Shown piece by piece: positions 1 to 11,882 of a stretch of 64,000 bases of DNA. Positions within the stretch are counted from its first letter, which is position 1. Every line of letters begins with the position of its first letter. Source of the DNA: Balanoglossus misakiensis (Eukaryota > Animalia > Hemichordata). The stretch spans positions 2,266,044 through 2,330,043 of the forward strand of contig CM082588.2 of NCBI GenBank assembly GCA_040954595.2. Direction: 5' to 3'. The notes under the pieces are model-generated. The model did not search any database and was not told the origin of the DNA. It saw only the letters and a list, made by a program, of their open reading frames with translations. Made by a program: the position numbers and the translations under genes.

Positions 1-408
1 GTACAAAGTAAATTGAAAGTTTTCGTTAACAAATTAAAATATGGGATATAACAATGTTCATTTATTTTTCCGATCTGTACAGGTTAATGGAAACCCCTAA
101 TATGTCTGTCTGCGTTGCTCGGGAAATGGACGACTACAGCAAAAGGGTACAGCTTTAGAAACACCTGTGGCATCGATCGGAACAATGGCTGCAGATTTTG
201 TCGGCAATTTAACAGGTATGGTACAGATGTCGTTATTCTCAGTTTTATTAACGTGTCTCTCGCCATCAGCGTTTGATTGACGTGTTCGTTGACGTCTGTG
301 TGGCCGAGTCACTCGATGCAATTCTTCTTCCAAGACGTCTTCACGTCGCGAGTGTCTTGACACAATTCATTCCAAGAAAGACGAGCATCAATTACAGTTC
401 CGGTGCTC

Positions 409-3400
409 TGACGTCAAATATAACTCAACCTCGGAGATAGCAAGGTAACGCGTAACCCTAGGCGACGTCAGGTGAACCGCGGAGCGACCTCCGACCCTGT
501 ATGCTAATCACGTGTTGATAGGCGAGACGCGCTATGCATGCATGTTAACAGGAATCCACTACAAACGCTGAGCATCACCTGCTTGACAAATCGATTACAG
601 CAACGCGCGACCTTGAATTTGGGTCACCCGAACCGGCGGTTCCTCGTCACTGTTGCCATGGAAACAGACACTGAGACAAAGTCAGATTTTTGTAAATATT
701 TGTGAAGACACACCTGTTTATTCGGGTACGGAAAAACCTGTCTTCGAATACCCGGATGTTTCCACCCGCAGGCGCTGTGCTTTGACAAATTACATATCAG
801 CATGATGGAGTATCATGATAAAGTGTATGGGCGCGACGTTCATATCCGTGGTGTGAATTGAAATTATGAATTCATCAATATCCTCTCAAATAGCACGTGA
901 CCGGGAGACAGCGATTTAAGTCAGACCGACAAACAATTTACATATTTCATTTTGATACCTGCGTAGTCCAAGTCGTGTGTGAAAGTATGGTGTAATTGTC
1001 TGTGCCCGATAAATATAAGGGTACGTGTTCCCATTTATTTGACATTCATATTCCGACGTCACCGATGATTATTAAATATCATATTCATTGTCACGATTTG
1101 AAGGAAATCAACTTCGCACAGTCAACCCACGTACGGTAAAAAAAAAAACTCCTACACATCAATTGACTGCTCAAATACTCCGTCAGTTTCCACCTGTCCG
1201 AATTAAATTGGCTTATGCGGTCGATTTAGAAATGACAAGTCACATTGACATAAACGTTCCATATATATATGCTGTCACCGCGGGCTTCAACTCAAATGGA
1301 AGTGTTGAACATTTATTACATTTGCTGTACAATTAATATTTACCAACCCGTGAGTAGTCGAAATATTTTAATTGCTATGTCTGGCATGACGCCCTCTAAC
1401 GGTCGTTTGCGGTTGACTGAACGCAATAAAAGGGACGGACGTGCACGTTTTCTCAGCGACAGACGTCTGCGTGCTCATTTTGTCGACGGCCAAGCCGCTC
1501 AACTGTTTGCGACATGTAATCACGTAGGAAAATTACAGTGATGCTCATCCGTCAGATGGGCCGACAGCGAAACCCTACAATCATCAAGGTCGAGCCCTAT
1601 TGTCAGTCACGTGACCGTCCCCCGGGGGGAGGGGGAAGGCCGGTGCAGGTCACCGATATATTCAATTGATGCAGACAGAGAAGGCGAGGTTATTTTATGA
1701 TCTAAAATTAAACCATGACTTTGATCAACGCAGCCAGACACCCAACTGTGATTGTAAACGTGTAATTATGATTTACAATTCTACTGAGATGAGTTCACTG
1801 TAGATTGTTGTCTGGGCAGATTGGCGTATAAAATTGAAAATATTTGCCTCTGAGCTTCGCTACTGAGCGCTGCGTATTTATCATAAACAAGATCTAGGCA
1901 GGTATTATTATAATTACACCGGCGAAATTCGATGTTAAGAAGGTATGATACGTGGTATTATATCCTCCTCTCTAAACACGATATTTTAATCCTGCAACAA
2001 AACCTGGTATTTATCTATCATTCGACACATAGGCCAAGCTGTCAGACTTTTAACTCGGCAGAGTCGCGCCAATTTGACGATAATTGGTACAGATCCCTGT
2101 AAAGTCGTTCAATATACATGTACTAACCGGTGACCGAATTTTAAACGGGGTTGTGTCAGCTACGGCGCTGGCTGACTTAACAGCAGGATAACATTGACCT
2201 ATACGCGGTATATAATTGTGGGATTTCTTCGAACGCGAGTGTTTGTTTAACTGTATGTTTTCGTTGCAATTGAGTTTCGGTGTCAAGGCGAAATTTAAAA
2301 GCGTGTGCTTACCGCGTCTCTGAATGGATGTGGCGCCCCGATGCAGCAGAGGATGCGGGAAAGCAACTTGCCCATGTCTACAGATGAACAGTGCGGGCAC
2401 TAGCGGTGAAGGTGTATTCTAGTTCGGTGAAGAGAAGAAGGCAACGCCCAGGCTGGTGCTTGTCCCTTGACTACATCGCGGCAAGTCTACATCCTTTCGG
2501 GAAAGGGGTAAAAGAAGTGGGCAGACGCTCACGTACATCCACCTCTGCCGGAGAACTACCTCTGTCAGAATTTCCGGCTGTCGCTGCGCAAAACGCGCGT
2601 GCGCATCGTTTAATTCATGCGAAGTGCGTTCGAAGAATATATTTTCGGGTGTCTGCTATTCAGCAGGACAAAAATCAAAAAGTCACCGGAGATGCCATCA
2701 TTCGAGATCGGAAACCGACAGCAACGACAAGAAATAATACACCGTGTCGTTAGTAGGAGGAAGACGATCAATACGATTTTGTCTTGTTTCAGCCGGATGC
2801 AAACAAGGGAGATGTCGAGGAAGAGAATCATAAGCGAGAGTGAATATTCCAAATTGAATTTCGCCGCCGCTTACGTCACTGAGATCCCACAACACAGCGA
2901 TATCAGCATGCACACTGCAAAGTGTAATCTTGTTTCGCGGTGAATTTTAAAAAGACACATAAGAGAAACCGTGCGCTCTGGGCTAAAACGTCGGTCGAAA
3001 GGCCTCACAGTCTCACGCGTATAACAAGTGTGTAATTGCAATATTGAATCAATAATTTCCCGAGAACAGCGGAGGATCTGTCGTCCTGACTCTGAACAAG
3101 TCACTTGCAATGGCGATGCACAATTTCATCAAATCCGTCGCCATGGCGGCGGATAAAATAGTTTGGGGGTTAATTTTGCAAGCGAGTTCCTGTCGAAGTC
3201 TCAGTTTACATACAAGACATTTTACGGGACTGCCACGTCCGCATCTGTTAAATTTATGTCTAAACGAGCGCCTTTATCACTGTCTACGGTTGCGTGGTTA
3301 CGTGCAGATTGGATCAGTTAGTTTATCATCGCTACCAACGCTATACTCTCCTTCGGCTTATGTTGGCCAGTAAAATATCACTAATAAAATAATGATAATA

Positions 3401-5022
3401 TGTTGATCATCACGTGAAGGTGGGTCGGGGAAAAAACTCGCGTACAACATGTAGTATATATCTTCTTTTAAATACAATTAATGTTTAAGTTTTTAACGTT
3501 GTAAGAGACGGTGTCCCAGGGGAGGATGGAATATTAATTGACTAATTCGGATTTTCCTCTTTCATCCAATCAATTTCTCTTCATTGATTTGCCTTGCTAA
3601 TTGGTTATCTGGTCAATTATCTCATCTGATTGCCAGGTTCTATTGTTCGCTAATTATTCCGTTCTCCCATTAACGTCGACAATGAAAGGACGAGCATTCA
3701 TTATGGAAATCTCATTTTCAATCCCTTCGTGTAATGGCCAATCTATCAGCATTGACGAGGGATGGCGTGACCCTTGACCCCCGTTCTTGAACAATCCTCG
3801 CAGATTGTAGCATGGCATCACGGGTAAATTGATCACGAAACAAACATCGCAGTTCATCTATTTCAGATACTCACGTGAACTAGACACGCCTGTATGTCTT
3901 TCAGCAACTTTTCAATGGACATAATAAAGATGCGAAGGAAGACCTCGGGTATTATATGTATTTTTCTAAGCCTTTTCCAAGTCAAAAGATGAAAGCCAGG
4001 TGTAGTGTTGTGCAGTGGAGTGGAGTGAAGAGGCTGACTCTACTTTTCCGCCTTAAACCAAAGACATTGAAAGACAAGCCGTCTGGTTCATTGTAATTAT
4101 TTGTGAGATGAATCGCGGGTTATTGAGAGCAATATCTGGATATATCCGGATCAGAGTGAAGGATGTGGGATGTTTTTTTTAGAAGAAAGTGACAATAACA
4201 CCGGTTTGATTACTGTAATTACACGTTGGCGTCAAAATAACCGTGTTAAATAAACGCAAGACTAGAATGAAAAGCAGGGAATTACGCGTTGTCATGGTGA
4301 CAGACAAACGGTAGATTTCGCTGTGTCAGGATATTCACGCACGAGGATGATTGTTGTCTGTCGTTTAGAGTATTTTCGGCTCAGTATTCGATTGCAGCAG
4401 CTTTGTAAACTCTGCATGTTCCATTTGGAGTCGAGTGTCGTGATACACTCTCCATCCGTCTGCTCCGGCTTCTCGGATGACGCAGGGCTTAATCGATCGG
4501 GGGATATTTTCAGCGTTAGAGCGCACAGGTCGTGCTCTGGGGTTGTCATGGCGACGCGAATGAAAGTCTCATCAATGGTTAACTTATAAACTATAGGTTT
4601 GAACTTTTCCTCCAAATACTAGAGGTAGATTTGAATTTTTGTCACCTCTGTCGATCTCTTGCAGTGAATGGCGCCCCCAACCTCTGGGACAAGTAAAAAT
4701 CGCAGTGTGCTTTTGGCCAAGGAGGTGCCCGTCACGGATAGAGGGCGACTCGAGCATTGCCGCATGTGCATGTGTCTCGATTCCATTGCCTGCAGTAGCT
4801 ATCCCTCATTCTTGTGCACTGGTACCGCTTCATACAATCCATCAAAAGTGAATATGTCGATTGGAAATTCTAGTCTCTCTGTCGGTGTGAGACTAAGTGT
4901 GTAAGACCCAATATCAACTTGCAAAGTTCATCTTCCCGTCCTCAGTGAACAGCACGGAAACTCGGTAAGTGGTCATATTTGAACATCTCAGTTTACGCGT
5001 TTTGAACTGTGGAATTCACGTG
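409..5022. promoter_or_regulatory. Non-coding regulatory region with clustered E-boxes, RFX X-boxes and a CRE
   Basis: CACGTG at 509, 894, 1608 (GTCACGTGAC), 3411, 3872 and 5017. X-box-like palindromes GTTGCCATGGAAAC (652-665), GTTGTCATGGTGAC (4288-4301) and GTTGTCATGGCGAC (4542-4555). TGACGTCA at 409. CpG-rich, with no convincing ORF. Confidence 0.5.
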
Positions 5023-5895
5023 GACGTCTAGGCATGAAAGACCAGACAGGATTCAATCTACGCACACAGCGTTCCGGGAATCACTGGGAAAAGGCATAGA
5101 CGTAAAATTAGGGCTTAGTTACAAGTTTATTTGTCGTCGATATTCTCCCTGACGGCCAAGATGGCAGCGCACCGAAAGGCATATCCTCGTGCGTTACAGA
5201 ATCAATGCACCTGTCGAAACTGTGCACCTGTTTGGCAAGTGAGTTGACAAAGGAACTGTCCAATAAAAATCTACATGTATTATGAGACCGTTCGCTGCGC
5301 ACATCAACCTACATTCAACCCCGTAATCTTTATACAAGAAAGTCCAACTTCACCAGTTATATTTTTTGCGCATATCCGCTGTGAAACTGTGGATTGTGGT
5401 TGCGGTGGGTTAAGGGTTTAATTTGGTGAGTGCATACATCGAAGTTGTAAAGTTGGGGATCTGGGGTGTTATTGGGTCTAATACTTTACTAGTAATCTCC
5501 ATTTATAAGGGAGAAACCATTTTTGCGGGGATGTGTAAATATTAATTGCACTACGTCACCACAATCACAAACCAGTCCGGTTGTCTGCCTGTCTGTTCCT
5601 TATCCGAAACAGTTCTTTTTCTTCTGTGCAATACCGTTACATTGCCTTTGGTCGTAAATTTTGACACGGTCTGCCCAAGTTCAGCGATAGCTTTTTTGTC
5701 GCGATTTCGTTAGTTCGAACTGGTGGGCAGCGCCTACCCTCGGCCAGCGCCAACGTCCACCCGTCGGAGCTTGTGTATTCAGCGTCCGGACCACATACGG
5801 TGAAAAGTACCGTGTGAGACAACGCAAGAACGGTTGCATAGGACGAATTGCGGGCAAACGGATTGTAATTCTAAAGGTATCCTCGCGTCGCCACG

Positions 5896-8800
5896 ATGAT
5901 TTTCAGGGTACTCGGCTTATCAACTTTTACACTGCTTGTGTTAATTTTACACTGTGCGTCAAGCGACTACAGCCTTACGATATTGCACACGAACGATGTG
6001 CACGCACGGTTCGAAGAGACCGACGTGAACACTGGCGCCTGCGGCGATGACGAACGGGCAGCCGGCGAGTGTTATGGCGGAGTCGCTCGTCGCGTGACCA
6101 AACTCGAGGAGATCAAGAACCGGGGCGACAACGTGTTGCTTCTGGATGGCGGCGACCAGTACCAGGGCACTTTATGGTTTTATTATTACGAGGGGAGAGC
6201 CACTTCACATTTCATGCACTGGATAGGCTACGATGCTATGGTAAGTACTAGTAACTAGCATGGATAGTACTATCTATGGTACTAGGTACATCCAAATACA
6301 TACATGTATATGAACCTGTATTTGTGTACCATGCATTTGTGTGCGGGAAAATAGAACAATTCATCGGTCACAGTACGTGATTATGTCAAGTGCTACCAGC
6401 CATTTCAGCAAGTATCAAAGATTTGTTTCGACCTTTAAACTTTGTCATTGACACACCCGGATAGAGTCATGCAGACTTGACCATTCAGTACGGGAAAGAA
6501 TCGTTCTATAACCCTGTTTGTATCTTGGTCTATAGGCGTTGGGCAATCATGAATTCGACAACAATATCGACGGTCTATTACCCTTCTTGGAGAATGCCTC
6601 CTTCCCTGTGCTTAGCGCCAACATTGACGACACTGAAGAACCTCGGATGCAAGGGAAATACAACAAATCACACGTCTTTAATGACGTTGGTGGAGAGAAA
6701 ATTGCTGTTATAGGCTACACCACCGTCGACACCCCGTTGATTTCATCACCAGGTGCGTTAAAGGGACAATTTTCGGTCCCTGGGTCTCGCCACAGACTTA
6801 AAGGGGCAAATTTCAATCCTAAGGCAAAGACTCTCTGATTACACCGTCTTATGTAGCCCACACTTCGCCAGTGACATTTTCTGTTCTTTTATTCAGGAAA
6901 ATTAAAATTCGAAGACGAAATAGATTCGGTCCAAGCCGAACTGGATCGACTGAAGACCGAGGACCCCACAATCAATAAGTTTATAGCGCTGGGGCATGCT
7001 GGGATCGATGTTGATCTGCAGATTGCGGACAAAGTGAGAGGAATCGACGTCGTTATTGGTGGTCACACTAACACGTTTCTATACACAGGTAAGGACACGG
7101 CCTTGATCTTGTGACGGGGGTCTGGAGATTTCAAAGCATGCATTTCCTTTTTTTATTTCCGAGTATATTATTGCACAGGCAATTGGTCATTTTTTCACAT
7201 TGTTTGTTTCCTTCTTATTTTTCTGTGTGGTTGAAATATCAAATCTTGCCATTATCAGTTTTGATGTGACATGAAAGATGTGTATCACATAAAATATCTC
7301 TTATAATGTATAGGCGACCCGCCGTCCACCGAAGAACCAATGGGTGAATACCCCCTTGTCGTCAATCCATCACACGACCCCAGTTTGACAGTCTTAGTAG
7401 TTCAAGGCTATGCCTATGGCAAATACCTGGGAGAGCTACTGGTGGACTTTGACGACAATGGTGTCGTCATCGGCTATGGAGGAAACCCTATCCTATTGGA
7501 CAACAGCACTGCGCAAGGTACGTCTGAGGAAATACTAGTATATTCAGCTTACTGACTAGGATCTTGAGGATTGGAAACAGACGAATATGCAGATTTACAA
7601 GTTAGGCGTATCATTTCAGGAAAAATTATTTCCCTGCGTATATCTTGACCTTTGTTCATTGTGAATTGTGATATCAATAAGACGTACATGTACATTTATT
7701 TCCGCGCTCTTTTCCTTAAGATCCGGCGACACTGGCTGAGATTGAGAAATGGAGGGAACCGCTGATCGAATTCCAGGAAGAAGTCATCGGGAAAACAAAC
7801 GTTTACCTCGAAGGAGCCCGATCCGTTTGCAGGGTGAAGGAGTGCAACATGGGTAATATGATCACTGATGGATTGATCCACCAGAACATTAAGGAACCAG
7901 ACGAGCTGAAGTGGAACCACGTGGCCATTGCAATTTGGAATAGCGGGGGTATACGAGCTCCCATTCAGATAGGTAATACACCCCCTGTTGTCTGATGTTT
8001 TCTGACCCTTACCCGACATCCACCCTTTAAGGGGGGAATTGCATGAGAACTTGTGATATTTGCCACTTTCAAAAAGTTGTTTTTATTGATTTGAATACTG
8101 GGCATGTCATTATGTTGTAGGGATTGAAACAAGAAACTGTCGTGTATGCGCAAAATAAAAATACATAAAATCAAATTACAGCTACATGTACACTGTACTG
8201 TGTAATGCGAAATTAACCTTTGCATCTGTACCATCTATTACGTCACAGGTGACATCACTGTGGCAGATGTGGTGACTGTATTGCCGTTTGGAAACACTGT
8301 TGATATCGTTCAGTTGAAAGGAGTCCACTTGCTGGAAAGCTTGGAACATTCTGTTGCTCGCTATAATACAATATCACCCTATGGGGAGTTCCTCCAATTC
8401 TCAGGTTAGTGCACAACTTCACCACATCACTGCAATCGATTTTCTGCTATTTTCTGTGTACACTTACTAAGTTTTCGTTTTTGAGGTATTCAGATAAAAA
8501 ATCGGGTAGCTATCGTGACTGTAAAAGAAGCAGACATGGATTTGATTATTTTTCATTTTCTCCCTCTCAAACGTGACCATACCAGGGATACACGTGACGT
8601 TCGACGTTGACCAACCATCGGGCAGTCGTGTTGTCGACGTTCAGGTCCTTTGCAGCGAGTGTCACATGCCAGAATTTCTGCCTCTGGATGTCGACGCAGT
8701 CTACACTATGTTGATGTCAGATTTTTTAGCGAACGGCGGAGACGGGTACACCATGATAAGCGACAATAAATTACTGCACGAAAGTGGTAGGTTATCACAG

Positions 8801-9224
8801 TTTCAGGGATGGGTCACTCATTCAATTGGTGCCGATAACCGCACATAATCGGATTAAAATTAGGCCATTTACCTATGTCAAACATTCGGGTCACCTGTTC
8901 TTTTTGATTAAACAATCAAGTATGAATATTTATCATTTATCAAACAAAATGGTCTTTACTTATGTGTGTTCAGTGATATTTGTTCGATTGTTGTCAGGGT
9001 TCTAACCACTGGATGTATAGTAATACCATCCATGCACTCTTGCAGGTAACTTGGATGCGGAGACAATTATGAATTACATCGAGCAAGTATCGCCGATGTT
9101 TGACAATGTGGAGAACAGGATACAATTCGTGGAGAAGGATGACCCTTGCTCTATTGGATCGGCTCGAAGAATCTTCGCTAACCTTGCACTTCTACTTGCG
9201 ATCTTGTTTATTCAACTTTTATAA
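5896..9224 (+). CDS. NT5E: Ecto-5'-nucleotidase (CD73-like), GPI-anchored, 581 aa, 8 exons
   Basis: Exons 5896-6240, 6536-6752, 6897-7088, 7314-7517, 7721-7972, 8249-8404, 8586-8786, 9046-9224; all GT-AG, total 1746 nt in frame. Signal peptide; metallophosphoesterase motifs ILHTNDVH, LLDGGDQYQG, ALGNHEFD, ALGHAG, GGHTN; C-terminal domain motifs NSGGIR, LPFGN, FLANGGDGY; hydrophobic tail (FANLALLLAILFIQLL*) typical of a GPI signal. AATAAA at 9266. Confidence 0.93.
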
Positions 9225-11280
9225 CATTTTATCGTCAGTATCAGTTCATTTCTTTCACTTGGTTGAATAAAAATTATTGTACTGATCACCGAATCACTCC
9301 TAATTATCAGGTATTATCGTATTACTACTCGCGTCCTGTGCACAATATATACAAGTCCCCGGATTGATACCTTCTCAGATGAAAAAATAACCAAAATGCG
9401 CGCAGTGCCAGAGAAGGTAGATAATTTGTCTTGCTGGCAAATTCGCGTAGGCAGACAGACAACTCGTACCTGTACATCTACAAATTGCCATGCTTGTGAA
9501 CTTACATGATCAAGCCTTTAGAGGGCGTCCTACCATGCGAGGACGAATTCACCCCGATATCTGCACACACATAATGACTATAACACAGCATAACTTTAAA
9601 TGTCTTTAATTCTTGAGATGATATGGATTTTTATAATGAAAATAGTAAGATACAAGACAATGATAGTGGTGGTATTGGTGTTTTGTTTTCTGTGCAAGTG
9701 TAAATTTATGTCAATGAGTGTGGAACTCGCACACTCAGAAAATTGTACAAAGAGAGATGGCAAACACAGAGCCCCTATTTTATGAATTGAAAGGGGAGAA
9801 AATTCACTCATTATTTTTTAATTAAACCTGGTGAATTGTTTTTAGTATATATTTTAACTAGTGAGAGTGGTAATCAATTCTAAATAGAGATCATATCCTT
9901 GATCATTTCAAAATTGTAAAAAAAAACATTTTGAAAATTTGATGAAACTCTCAAAAGAATAAATATTCCAAAATGGAAATAAACTACAGAAATCTGACGG
10001 CAATTAATTTACATAATACAAAACGTGAAGATTTTAATCATGGTCTCTTTTGACCCTTGACTGAAGCATCGATGTTCTGATAGACAATTTTATTTTGTTG
10101 AGAGAAAATCAAGATACACTCTACAAAATGTACAACACAGCAGTAAAATATTTGTTGTACACAGTGATATATTAGGTTTGCAGTTTGGGTTACAACAAAG
10201 ATCACCATGACCTTTTGCTAGTAAATTCAATGTTTTTTTATCGTTTTGAGGTAGTTTTGAATGAGGGAAGAGTTGTGTGCCAGGAATACAAAATAGAAAT
10301 GGGGATGGAAATGAAACAACTATTAATAAATTATAAAAAGACACTTGTGATATTTAATGCAACTTGACAACTACTGTGGTTCACCTTGCAGAAAAACGTC
10401 AGATTTCAGCGTCACAATTTCAAAACTACACAGTTAAACCTCAGTAAATGAAAACTGTTGAGTGACAAAAGCGATTTCCTACAAAATGAAACTTGCATTT
10501 AGTTGCAAAAAAAAATCATACATAGAAATATTTATACTCTATACAATGTACAATAAAGCTTAATTTTTGTGCGAATAGCAAATCAACCATACTTAGAAAG
10601 TTGATCTCAACAAAAGTAAACATTAAAAAAATTCTTTCAAGACATGCATATATACCAAGGCAAGATTTACTAGTTATACTTTTGATTTTAAGTTATAGTT
10701 TTATAGATACATATCAAATGTAGCAATCTCTGATATTATCAGCCAATCTATGACATTATCTGTTAATCTCTGATATTAAAGCAGTAACTGAGACTGCTAT
10801 TTAATATACCATGAAATATAATAATTATGTACAATTACTATGGTAATTTAAAAAATAATATGGAATATCATAATCCTGCAATTAATAGCAGTAGATTATC
10901 TCTCCTCATTTTCCTGTGCTGTTAGTTCTTTCAACACCACTGGAAAATTGAAAAATAAACTGGACAGTAGAATAACTACACACTATGTGCGTATACATCT
11001 CCCTGACACAATGGCCATTGTAATTAAATTTGATCTTTTGTGTCTCTTAATATTCTTTCAATAAAGGTAGGTGGGTGAAAAATTGAAGAATACACAAACA
11101 CACCGGGCAAATCAGTGAAGATTCTTTTTGTATAAAATATGTGCATGATCTCATAAAATACACAAACCATAAAATTAATTAGTCAGTGCCCTGAATGCAA
11201 ATTTTATTATTTGATTTTTGTGTAAAAACCTGTCTAGATAAATACCAAACGATTAGAGTCTGCAAAAAACGTCTTGTTAA

Positions 11281-11454
11281 AGGTATACGGTCACCTCCAA
11301 TTCACATATCGCCATATATAGTTGAAATGGCGTATTTGAGTGTTCTAAAGAACGCTTTATTTTCGCGTGTGCCACCCACTGAAAATCTGTGATTGGTTAG
11401 ATCTCGATTTACCATGGTAACTGTGGCTAAATTTGTATAGGTGACCGTATACCT
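11281..11454. mobile_element. 174-bp MITE, Kolobok-type (TTAA target-site duplication)
   Basis: Perfect 16-bp terminal inverted repeats AGGTATACGGTCACCT (11281-11296 and 11439-11454), flanked by TTAA on both sides (11277-11280, 11455-11458). A TTAA TSD with RR...YY termini is the Kolobok signature. Confidence 0.8.
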
Positions 11455-11882
11455 TTAATGCCATGATTTAAATATGCAGCATTACTGTATTAGTATTGCT
11501 CATTTCAACTGGTGTTAACTGTACTTTTGGCAACCATGATCTGTCAGTTCTCGTATTCAGCACCACGAACAACTTGATATCTTGATCTTGATATCTGTAC
11601 AGGTCATGTCCTAGGTGCGTGTGTGGGTAAACTTGGAGAGTTGATCTCATCCATCTAACAGTAAATCTCACATGCTGTGTTGATGAAGCCGGCATTTACC
11701 GTAAAGCTGTGGAAAGGAACCCTGTGAAAATGAGTAATTTGACTATAAACATTAAGCATGGACCTGCATGTAAAACACAGTACCGATCAGCAAACATGGC
11801 AACTTCTATCGAGGGTCAGGGAAATCTATGTATACAGATATAGATTTACCTTAATTTATGGTTCTGATAATCCAGCCAACAT

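Noticed and set aside
2391-2943. ORFs of 100-120 aa in the upstream region
   Set aside because: They have non-ATG starts, no recognisable domain and no consistent exon chain.
6758-6812. TTAAAGGG(A/G)CAA Kolobok-like ends in NT5E intron 2
   Set aside because: There are two direct copies with no inverted partner, too short to call an element.
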